Assembly (NCBI GenBank): GCA_046348035.1
Contig: JAXMEZ010000005.1
Coordinates: 13,615-77,614, forward strand
Direction: 5' to 3'
Length of the DNA stretch: 64,000 nt
Source of the DNA: Rubrivivax sp.
Lineage (GTDB): Bacteria > Pseudomonadota > Gammaproteobacteria > Burkholderiales > Burkholderiaceae_C
Shown: in pieces, positions 52,496-62,946 of the stretch
Position numbering within the stretch: the first letter of the stretch is position 1
Layout: each line of letters opens with the position of its first letter
The notes under the pieces: generated by a model
The model's input: only the letters and a program-made list of their open reading frames with translations
Told to the model about the DNA's origin: nothing
The model's database searches: none
Position numbers and translations under genes: made by a program

Positions 52496-54295
52496 TCAGA
52501 AGATCGCCTTCACGAACGCCTTCAGCCGGTACTGCTTGATGCTCGAACGCACGCCCGTCTCGCCCGGGTCGCCGTCGCCGCTGATCCACTGCGACAGCAG
52601 CCCCGTCTCGAAGCCGGCGAGGTTGTACGCGAGGCGGATGCCGGTGATGCTCTTCTCGTTGTCGATGCTGAGCGCGGCGGTGCGGATGTCGCGCGTGTAG
52701 CGGCCGTAGGACACCGTGCCGTAGAGGTCGCCGAAGAGCTGGTTGCCGGCCGAGAGCGTGTAGCCGCTGTCGCGCGTCTCGCGGTCGTCGGCGGCGCTGG
52801 CGAGCGAGAAGTTGTTCTTGTCGAGCACGCGCTTGACCTTGGCGCCCAGCTCGATGCCGCCCATCGCCGGCACGACGTAGCCGATCTTGAACACGCCGAT
52901 GTTCGTGCGGCGGTCGTTGCTGGCGGCGAAGAAGTTCGCCAGCGCGCTGGTGACGGTCTCGCGGTTGTAGTTGTAGCCGATGCGCGTCAGCTCCAGCGAC
53001 ATCGGGATCTTCGCCACCTCGTAGTTGACGAGCACGGTGTGGCCCTTCCAGCCTTGCACCGACTCGGCCGGCGCTTCGTCGAAGTCCATGAAGTCGTTGT
53101 CGACCAGGCCGTTGGCGCCGGGCGCCAGGCCGCTGTCGCTGCGGCACACGCCGCCGCCGCTGACGAAGCACTTGGCCGACGAGGGCGCCTGCTGGTAGTC
53201 CTTGGCCGCGCCGCCGAGCCAGATCGACTGGCCCCAGCGGTGCCAGGCCGCTTCCGAGCCTTCGGTCAGCAGCACGTCGACCTCGCGGCGCGAGGCGGTG
53301 TTGCTGTAGAAGCCGGCGCCGATGTTGAAGTACTGGTAGTTGACCGACAGGCCCGTCACCGGCAGCGAAGCGAAGCTCGCATCGAGCTTGATCGCCTTGC
53401 CGCGGATATCGGACTTCGGCGAGTTGATCCACGGCTGGTCGAACAGCGGCGCCTTGTACGTCGAGCCGTACAGCGCCCCCTTGAGGTCGATGCCGGCGAC
53501 GGAGCCTTCGCCCTTCAGCATCGCCACCTGGCTCTTGGCGAACGTGCGGCTGGAGCGGCCGTTGAGGTCGGTGCCGTCGGTGTCGTCGAGGATGCGGTCG
53601 TTGAAGAACTGGTAGCTCGTGGCCAGCTTCACCGGCCCGAGCGTGCCCTTCAGCTGGCCGATGTAGACGCCTTCGTTGTACTGCGTCTCGTCGCTGCTGC
53701 AGCACGCGGCGCCCTGGCCGTAGTTGCTCTGCAGGTAGTTGGGCAGCGACAGGCGGGCGAACTCCCAGCTCGCGCCCGGTGCCGGCAGCGGCCCCTTGAA
53801 GTACAGGCCGTTGTAGTTGTCGCGGTCGATGTAGCGCACCTGGCCGACGGTGAAGGGGTCGAACGTGCCCCAGTCGCTGCTGCCGATGAGGGCCTGGTCG
53901 AGCCACTTGTAGCCCGGCGTCAGCAGCACGTAGGCGCCGCGCAGCTTCATGAACTTGCTCTGCGTCGGCCGCGCGTTGGTGTCGGTGAAGCCCTCGTTGT
54001 TGGCGAAGCCGAAGTTCGTCCAGTACGACGCCGAGCTGCGGCTTTGCAGCCGCACGCCGGCCTCGACCTGGCGCGAGATGGTGGCCTTGATGCGCAACTC
54101 GAACTCGGTCCACTGGCCCTGGTCGGAACCGCTGGCCGTGTCGGCGCTGCTGTCGCTCGCGCGGCGCTGGTCGCCGTCGAGGAACTTCATGTAGATGTTC
54201 GAGCCGCTGAAGTCGAGCTTCTGCGCCATGGCGCCGCCGGCGGCCAGGGCCAGCATCGCCGCGGCGGCGAGGGGCTTGAGAGCGTGGGTTTTCAT
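52496..54295 (-). CDS. Unassigned 599-aa outer-membrane beta-barrel-like protein (candidate alpha-glucan porin)
   Basis: Sec signal ending AMA/QK. Many alternating amphipathic strands rich in Y/F/W/G/N. C-terminus YRLKAFVKAIF ends in Phe. Co-oriented within the mal locus. Confidence 0.7.
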   Translation of the reverse strand: MKTHALKPLAAAAMLALAAGGAMAQKLDFSGSNIYMKFLDGDQRRASDSSADTASGSDQGQWTEFELRIKATISRQVEAGVRLQSRSSASYWTNFGFANNEGFTDTNARPTQSKFMKLRGAYVLLTPGYKWLDQALIGSSDWGTFDPFTVGQVRYIDRDNYNGLYFKGPLPAPGASWEFARLSLPNYLQSNYGQGAACCSSDETQYNEGVYIGQLKGTLGPVKLATSYQFFNDRILDDTDGTDLNGRSSRTFAKSQVAMLKGEGSVAGIDLKGALYGSTYKAPLFDQPWINSPKSDIRGKAIKLDASFASLPVTGLSVNYQYFNIGAGFYSNTASRREVDVLLTEGSEAAWHRWGQSIWLGGAAKDYQQAPSSAKCFVSGGGVCRSDSGLAPGANGLVDNDFMDFDEAPAESVQGWKGHTVLVNYEVAKIPMSLELTRIGYNYNRETVTSALANFFAASNDRRTNIGVFKIGYVVPAMGGIELGAKVKRVLDKNNFSLASAADDRETRDSGYTLSAGNQLFGDLYGTVSYGRYTRDIRTAALSIDNEKSITGIRLAYNLAGFETGLLSQWISGDGDPGETGVRSSIKQYRLKAFVKAIF

Positions 54296-54343
54296 GGTTC
54301 TCCTCGGTCGTTTCGTGGTTGGGTTCTGGGTGTCGGGTGTTGG

Positions 54344-55135
54344 TTACTTGCGGACCATCTTCAGCGTCGCCATCTTCTTGCTCTCGCCGTTGGGGCCGCA
54401 CTCGTAGGCCAGCATCTCGGCCTGCTTGGCGTCGGGACCGTCGAGCACGTCCATCACGTGCGGGTCGCAGTCGCCGTCGTGGCCGCCGCCGAAGCGGTGC
54501 TGGCCTTCGTACTCGTTGACCTTGCGCGTCAGGAAGTCGGTGGCGGCCGGGAAGCCCTCGTTGGACTGCATCACCACCTGGTACGACCAGCCGTCGACGT
54601 TGCCGTCGCCGCCGAGGTCGGCCAGCGGGATCGAGCCGGTGATCGTGCGGCCGCGGCCGCGCGTGAGGTTGGGCACCAGCACGTCCTTGGCCAGCGCGCC
54701 GAGCTTGGCGTCGGCCTCGCTGGTGACGCGCGCCTTCTTCTGCGGCGACAGCACGATCACCTTGTTCCACTCGTGGCCGGGCGCGAACTTCACGTTCAGG
54801 CCGGTCCACGTCTCGGCGCGGCCGCCGGGGGCGCCGGTCTTGACGAAGATGAAGATCATCTGTACCGCGAAGCCGCCGCCCATGCCCCACGGGTCTTCGA
54901 GGTTCGAGGCGACGTCGACGGCGAAGTCGACGCTGGTGCCGCTCTTGACGGCGCTGAACTTGACGATGTCGAACGAGCCGCTCTTGTAGACGCCGTCGGT
55001 GGGGTAGGTGTAGTTGCCGGGGCCCTTGTCGTCGCCGCGCGGGTCGGTGAACTCGACGGCACCGGCGCTGGCGCCGACGAGCGCCAGCGCGGCGGCCGCG
55101 GCCAGCGTGCGCAGGGTGGGTTTGAAGCGATTCAT
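54344..55135 (-). CDS. Secreted stand-alone glucodextranase DOMON-like (amylopullulanase C-terminal type) domain protein
   Basis: Signal peptide, FTDPRGDDKGPGNYTYPT...GSFD, DPWG..GGFAVQMIFIF, RFGGG.DG..DP.VMDVL. Confidence 0.8.
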   Translation of the reverse strand: MNRFKPTLRTLAAAAALALVGASAGAVEFTDPRGDDKGPGNYTYPTDGVYKSGSFDIVKFSAVKSGTSVDFAVDVASNLEDPWGMGGGFAVQMIFIFVKTGAPGGRAETWTGLNVKFAPGHEWNKVIVLSPQKKARVTSEADAKLGALAKDVLVPNLTRGRGRTITGSIPLADLGGDGNVDGWSYQVVMQSNEGFPAATDFLTRKVNEYEGQHRFGGGHDGDCDPHVMDVLDGPDAKQAEMLAYECGPNGESKKMATLKMVRK

Positions 55136-55215
55136 GCGGGTTCTCCTCTGAGTGGTCTTCGGGGGACAAGGGGACGTGAAGCGCGGCGCGGGCCCTCGGG
55201 ACGAACGGGCACACC

Positions 55216-56088
55216 TCACTTGACGCTGCCGGCGGTGAGGCCGGACACGAGGTACTTCTGCAGGAACATGAACAGGATGACCACCGGCAGCGAGACGATC
55301 ACCGAACCGGCGGCGAAGAAGCCCCACTGCGAGCTGAAGCCGCCGACGAAGAAGCGCAGCCCCACCGGCGCGGTGTAGTTGGCCTCGCTCTCCATGAACA
55401 CCGAGGCGAGGATGAACTCGTTCCACGCCGTCATGAACGAGAACAGCGCCGTGATGGCGATGGCGGGCTTCGCGAGTGGCAGGATGATGCGCAGGAAGAT
55501 CGTCTGCGCGCTGGCGCCGTCGATGCGGGCGCTCTCCTCGATGTCGATGGGAATGGTGTCGAAGTAGCCCTTGAGCATCCAGACGCTGAAAGGGATCGCC
55601 GTGGTGGCGTAGACGATGACGAGCCCGAGGAAGTTGTTCCCGAGCCCCAGCCACTTGACGATGATGATGAACAGCGGGATCAGCATCAGCGTGCCGGGGA
55701 ACATCTGCGACACGAGGAAGGCGAGCATGCCGCCCTCGCGCCCGGGGAAGCGGAAGCGGCTGAAGGCGTAGGCGGCGGTGCAGGCGAGGAACACGCCGAG
55801 CAGCGTCGTCAGCGCCGACACGATGACGCTGTTGAGCAGCCAGCGGCCGAACGGTTGCTCGGTCATCACGTCGGTGAAGTTGCGCAGCGACAAGTGCGCC
55901 GGCCACGGCACGATGCCGCGCGCCCGCTCGAGGAAGCCCGGGTCCTTCGGCAGGTCCACGAGGCCCACGCTCTGCTGGCCGGAGAAGGCGAGCGCCAGCA
56001 CCCACAGCACCGGGTACACGGTGAGCAGCGTGAAGCTGATCAGCGTGGCGTGCAGCCACAGCGGGTTCTTCGGCCGGCCGAGCGCCAT
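55216..56088 (-). CDS. malG: Maltose/maltodextrin ABC permease MalG-like
   Basis: AYAFSRFRFPGR, QMFP, WMLKGYFDTIP, EESARIDGA, FMTAWNEF, GLTAGSVK. Confidence 0.9.
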   Translation of the reverse strand: MALGRPKNPLWLHATLISFTLLTVYPVLWVLALAFSGQQSVGLVDLPKDPGFLERARGIVPWPAHLSLRNFTDVMTEQPFGRWLLNSVIVSALTTLLGVFLACTAAYAFSRFRFPGREGGMLAFLVSQMFPGTLMLIPLFIIIVKWLGLGNNFLGLVIVYATTAIPFSVWMLKGYFDTIPIDIEESARIDGASAQTIFLRIILPLAKPAIAITALFSFMTAWNEFILASVFMESEANYTAPVGLRFFVGGFSSQWGFFAAGSVIVSLPVVILFMFLQKYLVSGLTAGSVK

Positions 56089-56104
56089 TTCTCCCCCTCG
56101 CTTT

Positions 56105-58136
56105 TCAGTAGCTTTCCGTGGCGCGCGTGAGGCGGGTCTGGAAGTACCCGTACACGAGCAGGATCACGAAGATCACCGTGGAGTAGGCCGCAGCGTAGGC
56201 GTACTGGTATTGCTCGAACGCAATCTTGTACGCCTTCGTCACCAGGATCTCGTTGGCGCCGCCCGGCTCGCCGCCGGAGACGAGGAAGATGATGTTGAAC
56301 ATGTTGAAGGTCCACACCACCGAGATCACCACCGCCGGCACCAGCGTGGGGCGCAGCAGCGGCAGCGTGATGCGCCGGAACTGCTGCCAGCGGCTGGCGC
56401 CTTCGACATCGGCAGCCTCGTACATGTCGCGCGGGATCGACTGCAGCGCGCCGAGGATGACGACCATCATGAACGGGAAGCTGAGCCAGCCGTTGGTGAC
56501 GAGGCCGGTCATGAACGAGCTGACGACGCCGTCGAACCAGCGCACCGGCGCGAAGCCGAACATCTGCAAGGCCTGGTTGATGACGCCGAACTGCGGGTGG
56601 AACATGCCGCGCCACACCAGCGCGGTGATGTAGTTCGGAATCGCCCACGGCAGGATCAGCAGCACGCGGTAGGCGGTCTTGCCGCGCAGGCCCTCGGTGT
56701 TCAGCGCCAGCGCGAGCAGGAAGCCGAAGGTGACGCCGACGGTGACGTTGGTGACGGTCCAGATCACCGTCACCATCAGCGTCCAGTAGAAGTTCTGGTA
56801 GTTGACGACGGTGCCTTCGGCGCTCGTCTTGACGATGTCGAAGTCGCCGAGGATGCTGGCGAAGTTGGCCAGGCCCACCCAGCGCTCGCGGAAAGGCAGG
56901 TTCTCGTTGAAGAGCGTCGTGTCGGTGAACGCGAGCGTGATGCCGTAGAAGAACGGGAAGAACACCAGCACCAGCATGCCGAGCATCGCCGGCGCGACGT
57001 AGGCATAGGCGAGCCGGTTCGCGCGCACGGCGCGCGCTGCGCGCCGCGTAGCCCTGCACGAAGAACAGCAGCACCGCGAGGCCGACGACATCGATGACCA
57101 CGAACGCCTGGGCCAGGAACAGAGCGGTGCGAGGCGGCGGCGCGGTTCGCCTTGTCGAGCGGCCGGCCTTCGGGCGAGACGAGGCGAAGCGCGCGGCCGT
57201 AGGCGTCGGTGTCCCAGGCGCTGGCTGCTGCTCGGTCCGGCGAGCCGGTGGCGGCTCCGGTGGCGGGGGCGGCAGGGGCCAGGTCCGGCGCCCGGCGATT
57301 CCGCCGCGCCGCTGCGCAGATACGTCGCCGCGGCTGCGGCCTGAAGCGCCGCCACGGCGCCGTCGCCGGCGGCCGTGCCCGCGGCCATGCGGGCCAGATG
57401 CTGCTGCTGGAACCACGCCGCCGTGGCCAGCAGCAGGACCACTTTGCGATGCCGCGCCCGAGGTCGAAGCGCCGCTCGCTGTCGAGCGGCAACAGGGTGC
57501 CGAGCACGAGCGCGGCAGCGACCAGCACGGCTGCGAGCGCCCACGACGACGTGCCGCCGGAACCGGGCGCAGCGCCGGCATCGATCGGCGAGTTCGCCTT
57601 CCGCCAGCCGCACGCGCGCCTGCACCATGCCCTCGATGCCGTCCTTCGAGCGCAGCGGCACGCTGACGACGAGATCGCCGCGCGCACCGCCGGTGTCGCC
57701 GGCGTGCTCGACGCGCAGCGTCTCCTGCGCGCCGCGCCTTCGCTGGCGTTGGTCTCGTCGGCCGCGCGCAGTTCCTGCGCCAGGTCGAAGAGGGCTTCTC
57801 TTCGCGCTTCAGCGCGCGGGCCTTCGTCGGCCGGCCACGGTGGAGGCGCGCAGCTCGCGGCCGGCGATGACGCGCACTTCGCGCAGCGCGCCGTGCTCGC
57901 GCTGCCACAGCGCCAGCCGCGGCGCCGTCGCCGCTTCGTCGGCACCGGCCAGCGACGCGGCCACTGCGTTGGCCAGCAGCATCGCGGCGCGCTCGCGCTG
58001 GCCGGCGGCGAGGTCGCCGGCGACGCCCGCGTGCAGCCAGCCGCTGGCGGCCAAGCACGACGGCCAGCGCCGCCGCCAGGCCGAGCGGCAGCGGCGACGT
58101 GATGCGCGAGAGGGTGATCTGCCTCAGCCAGTCCAT
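56105..58136 (-). CDS. malF: Maltose/maltodextrin ABC permease MalF-like with long N-terminal extension; frameshifted in the 5' half
   Basis: Core YAYVAPA, YRVLLILPWAIP, WLSFPFMM, LQSIP.DMYEAADVEGA, WTFNMFN. An extra ~350 codons lie upstream, starting MDWLRQITLS. Confidence 0.8.
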
Positions 58137-58203
58137 CGCTGCGCAGCCGGGTTGAAGGGAAGTCGCGGGTGCAGGCGGAGTGGCTCGATCAGCCGCGGGC
58201 CAC

Positions 58204-59468
58204 TCACTTGCCCCGGCGCAGCGCGGCGACGCTTTCCTGCACGCTGCCGGCCGCTTCCTTCAGCGCCGCCTCGACGGTGGCGTTGCCCTTCACGATCTTG
58301 TTCATCGCCGTCGTGCCGGCGACCACACCATCGTCATCTCGGGCCGGTTGGGCATCGGCTCGGCGTTCTCCAGTTGCGCGCGGAACGCCTGCAGCACCGG
58401 GTCGCCGCTCACCTTCGGGTTGGCGTAGACGGCCTTGTTCGTGTGCAGCTGCCGGCCTTCGAGCGCGAGCACCAGGCCCGCCTCTTCGCCGGTGAGGTAG
58501 CGCGCGAACTCGTAGGCCACCTCCTTGTTCGCCGAGCTGGCCGCCACGTACGCGCCTTCGATCGTCATCCACGGGCGCAGCGGCTTCTTCGTCGCGTCGA
58601 GCATCGGCAGCGGCGCGAAGCCGACGTTGATCTTCTTGTCGATGTCGCCGACGAACCAGGGCCCGTTGATGACCATCGCCGCCTTGCCCTCGTTGAACAT
58701 GGAAGCGATCAGCGCCTCGCTCGGCTCGGCGGGCAGCACGCCGTCCTTGAACCACTTCATCATCTGGTTCAGCGATGCGACGTTGGCCGGGCTGTCGAGC
58801 ACGAGCTTGCCATCCTTGTCGAACACGGCGCCGCCGAAGGCGTTCATCAGCGCCGAGTGGAAGTAGAAGTTCGTGTACCAGTAGGCGAGGCCGTAGCGGC
58901 CGCTGGCGGCGTTGGTGAGCGACTTGGCCAGCTTCACCATCTCGTCCGTCGTCTTCGGCGGCGCCTTGACGAGGTCCTTGTTGTAGATGAGCGTGGGCAT
59001 CTTGTAGTTGATCGGCAAGCCCCACACGCCGCCCTTGTAGGTCATCGCCGCCAGCATGCCCGGCAGCAGGCTGTCGCGCGTGGCCTTGTCGAGAAAGAAG
59101 TCGATCGGCTCGACGGTCTTGCCGGCCTCGATCCAGCCGCCCAGGCGGTCCTGCGCGTAGATGAACACGTCGGGGCCCTTGCCGCGCGGCACCGCGGCGC
59201 TGATCTTGTCGGCGTAGGCGTCGTACGGGATCGCCAGCGTCGAGACCTTGAAGCCCTTGGCGGCAGGCGTCTTCGCGAAGTTCTCGACCACCTTCTCGAA
59301 CGCGGCCTTCTCGGCGGCGCGGTAGGCGTGCCAGACCACGAGTTCCTTGGCCGCGCCCTGCGCAAAGGCGCTGCCGGCGCCGGCCAGCGTTGCAGTGGCC
59401 AGCGCGAGGCCAAGCGCGGTGCGCCGCGAGTGCAAGGGCTGCAAGGGCTGGAAGGTGGGCTTCTTCAT
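58204..59468 (-). CDS. malE: Maltose/maltodextrin ABC substrate-binding protein MalE-like; frameshift near 58320
   Basis: RR leader, LVVWH, GPDVF..QDRLG.W, LIYNKDLV..PP.T, AMVINGPW, PMPN.PEM..VW. Confidence 0.88.
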
Positions 59469-59524
59469 CGTCGTCTCTCCTGGCTTGTTCAGTGGCGGCG
59501 GGGCTGCGTGCCGAGGAAGGCCCG

Positions 59525-60646
<1,122 letters not shown>

Positions 60647-60667
60647 CGCGTTCCTGCTCTCGTGTCT

Positions 60668-62293
60668 TCAGCGATCGGCCGGCACGACGATGCGCACCGA
60701 CTTCGGCGCCAGCGTGATGCGCAGCCGGCCTTCGCCGACGCTGGCCGGCTCGCCGCTCAGGCTGTCGCGCGCGGCCGCCGCGGCCCAGGCCGGCGGCAAG
60801 GCGATGTCGGCGGCGAGCGCCTCGTCATCGCGGTTGGCGAGCACGATCACCGCGTCGCCGCTGGCGGCATCGCGGCGCATGAAGGCGAGCACGCGGTCGG
60901 CCGGCTGCGTCAGCATCGTGTAGTCGCCGCGGCGCAGGGCGGGGTGCGACAGGCGGATGCGGATCAGCTGGCGGTAGGTCTCGCGCAGCGCTTCGTCGCG
61001 CGCCACGCCGCGGCCGGGCAGGATGTCGCGCTCGCCCCAGGGCATGTCGTTGCGGTTGAACGGCCACACGTTGCCGCCGCGGGCGACCTCTTCGCCGTAG
61101 TAGACGACCGGCATGCCCAGCGACGTCATCTGCAACGCCACGCACAGGCGGAAGCGCTGCCGGTCGCCGCGCAGGTTGGCCAGCATCATCGGCTCGTCGT
61201 GGCTCGAGAGGTAGTGCGCCAGCACGTGGCCGGCGCGCACCTGGTGCCGGCCGCGCAGGTAGGCGGCATAGGCGACGCTGCGGCCACGGCCCGTGACCCA
61301 GCCTTCGCAGCTGCCCTTGAAGCTGAAGTCGAAGCCGGCATCGACCTCGTCGCGCTCGAAGAAGGCATCGAGCGACTGTGCCGTGCCGCCCCAGTCCTCG
61401 GCAAGCAGGAAGAAACCAGGGCCGAGCTCGGCGCGCGTGCGCCGCCGGTGTTCCTGCCACACCGCGCTCTCGACGTGCTTGTAGGTATCGAGGCGGAAGC
61501 CGTCGATGCCGGAACGCCGGGCGAGCGCGATGTTGGCATCGAGGAGGTAGTCGCGCACTTCGGGAAGGTCGGTGCGAAAGTCGGGCAGGCCGCCGACCGC
61601 GCATGTCACCGGGTTGGCGTCGCAGTTGCCTTCGCCCACGCGCAGCCACGGCACGCCGGCGGCCGTGCGGCGCGCGGTGTAGGCGTTCGTGTAGCCGGCG
61701 TGATTGACGACGACATCGAGCAGCACCTTGATGCCGCGGCGATGCGCTTCGTCGACGAGGCGCTTCAGGTCGGCCTCGGTGCCGAAGTGCGGCTCCATCT
61801 GCGTGAAGTCGGCGATCCAGTAGCCGTGGAACGGCTCGTGCATGAAGCTGCCCGCGCCCGGCGCCGTTGCCGTCATGCCCCGCGCCTGCTGCAGTTGCAC
61901 GGGGTTGATCCACAACGCCGTCACTCCGAGGCTCTTCAGCTCGTCGAGCTGCGCCGTCAGGCCCTTCAGGTCGCCGCCGTGCCAGCCGCCGGGATTGCGG
62001 CGATCGACGCCACGGTTGTTGGTGGGGTCGCCATCGGCGAAGCGGTCGATGAGGACGAAGTAGAGGACTTCGTCGGCCCAGGTGCGAGAGGCCAGCGGTG
62101 GCAGGTCGGCAGCAGCGGCCGGTGACGGCGCAGCGACCGGCGTCGGGTTGGTACCGGTGGGTGCCGTGCAGGCAGCCAACAGCAGCGAAAGCGTCCACGG
62201 CACCAGCATCGCGCACGGTCTCGCGGCGATGTCGCGCAGCAGTGACGGCCGCCCGCGGGCGCCCGCCGTGCCTCTACCGCCGCGCTGGAACAT
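60668..62293 (-). CDS. GH13 alpha-amylase-family glycoside hydrolase, probable lipoprotein
   Basis: YFVLIDRFADGD, FHGYW, LDVVVNH, GFRLDTYKHV (nucleophile Asp), LAEDW (Glu), SSHDE (Asp), YYGEE. Lipobox LLAAC. Start uncertain (62208-62305). Confidence 0.92.
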   Translation of the reverse strand: MFQRGGRGTAGARGRPSLLRDIAARPCAMLVPWTLSLLLAACTAPTGTNPTPVAAPSPAAAADLPPLASRTWADEVLYFVLIDRFADGDPTNNRGVDRRNPGGWHGGDLKGLTAQLDELKSLGVTALWINPVQLQQARGMTATAPGAGSFMHEPFHGYWIADFTQMEPHFGTEADLKRLVDEAHRRGIKVLLDVVVNHAGYTNAYTARRTAAGVPWLRVGEGNCDANPVTCAVGGLPDFRTDLPEVRDYLLDANIALARRSGIDGFRLDTYKHVESAVWQEHRRRTRAELGPGFFLLAEDWGGTAQSLDAFFERDEVDAGFDFSFKGSCEGWVTGRGRSVAYAAYLRGRHQVRAGHVLAHYLSSHDEPMMLANLRGDRQRFRLCVALQMTSLGMPVVYYGEEVARGGNVWPFNRNDMPWGERDILPGRGVARDEALRETYRQLIRIRLSHPALRRGDYTMLTQPADRVLAFMRRDAASGDAVIVLANRDDEALAADIALPPAWAAAAARDSLSGEPASVGEGRLRITLAPKSVRIVVPADR

Positions 62294-62500
62294 TGCCACG
62301 TCCACCCCCGGGCTGCCGGCAGCGGGACGAAGGCGCTTATCCTCTGCCGCTTGCCACTGTGATTGAGCCGGCGACTGCCGGATTGAGATAGCTCAAGACG
62401 GCTGGCCGTTGGCGCATCACTGTGCTGCCGGCGCAACTCGGCGCATTCTGTTCTGCGGTGCGGTCGACGAGACGCGCGGCTGTCGCGTTCGGGACCCCAG

Positions 62501-62533
62501 AAAAAGAAAGGCAGGGTTCGCACCCTGCCTTTT
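62501..62533 (-). terminator. Rho-independent terminator
   Basis: Minus strand AAAGGCAGGGT-GCGA-ACCCTGCCTTT followed by CTTTTT, about 60 bp after the 62594 stop. Confidence 0.85.
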
Positions 62534-62593
62534 CCTGACTCCCCGGCGCAGCGGCTTCGCGGCCGCTGCATCCGGATGAGCGCCGGTTTCGAA

Positions 62594-62830
62594 TTACTTC
62601 GAAGCGGCCGGAGCCGCCGGCTTGGCGGGCTTGTCGGCAGCGGCGGCCGGCTTGGCGGGCTTGGCCGGCTTGTCGGCGGCCGGCTTGGCCGGCTTCGCGG
62701 GCTTGCTGGCGGCCGGCTTGGCATCGCTGGCCTTGGCGCCCGGGGCAGCGGCGGTGTGCGAAGCGGCCTGCGCGGTGAACGCGGCGGCAGCGAAGGCCGT
62801 GGCGACGAGGGCGGCGAAGATCTTGCTCAT
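62594..62830 (-). CDS. Small secreted Ala/Lys/Pro-rich protein
   Basis: Signal peptide MSKIFAALVATAFAAAAFTAQA, KPA repeats, upstream GAAAGAGA, downstream terminator. Confidence 0.85.
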   Translation of the reverse strand: MSKIFAALVATAFAAAAFTAQAASHTAAAPGAKASDAKPAASKPAKPAKPAADKPAKPAKPAAAADKPAKPAAPAASK

Positions 62831-62946
62831 GTGAAAGGTCTCTTTCGAAAGATGTGGGGAAGGTCGACAAAGAAAGCCGGGCGCTGGACCCGACCGCGCA
62901 TTAACGGGGCCGGCCAGGGGCCGTTGACAGGCCCGCTGTCACCGGG

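Noticed and set aside
54344-56059. 571-aa ORF
   Set aside because: The upstream part is an alternative frame of malG. The real gene starts at 55135 with a signal peptide and a GAGGAG RBS.
62329-62396. LacI-type operator (GATAAGCGCCTTC) and TTGAG-N4-CTCAA palindrome upstream of the amylase
   Set aside because: Short imperfect matches, single instances, and no regulator gene in the locus. Not supportable without comparative footprinting.
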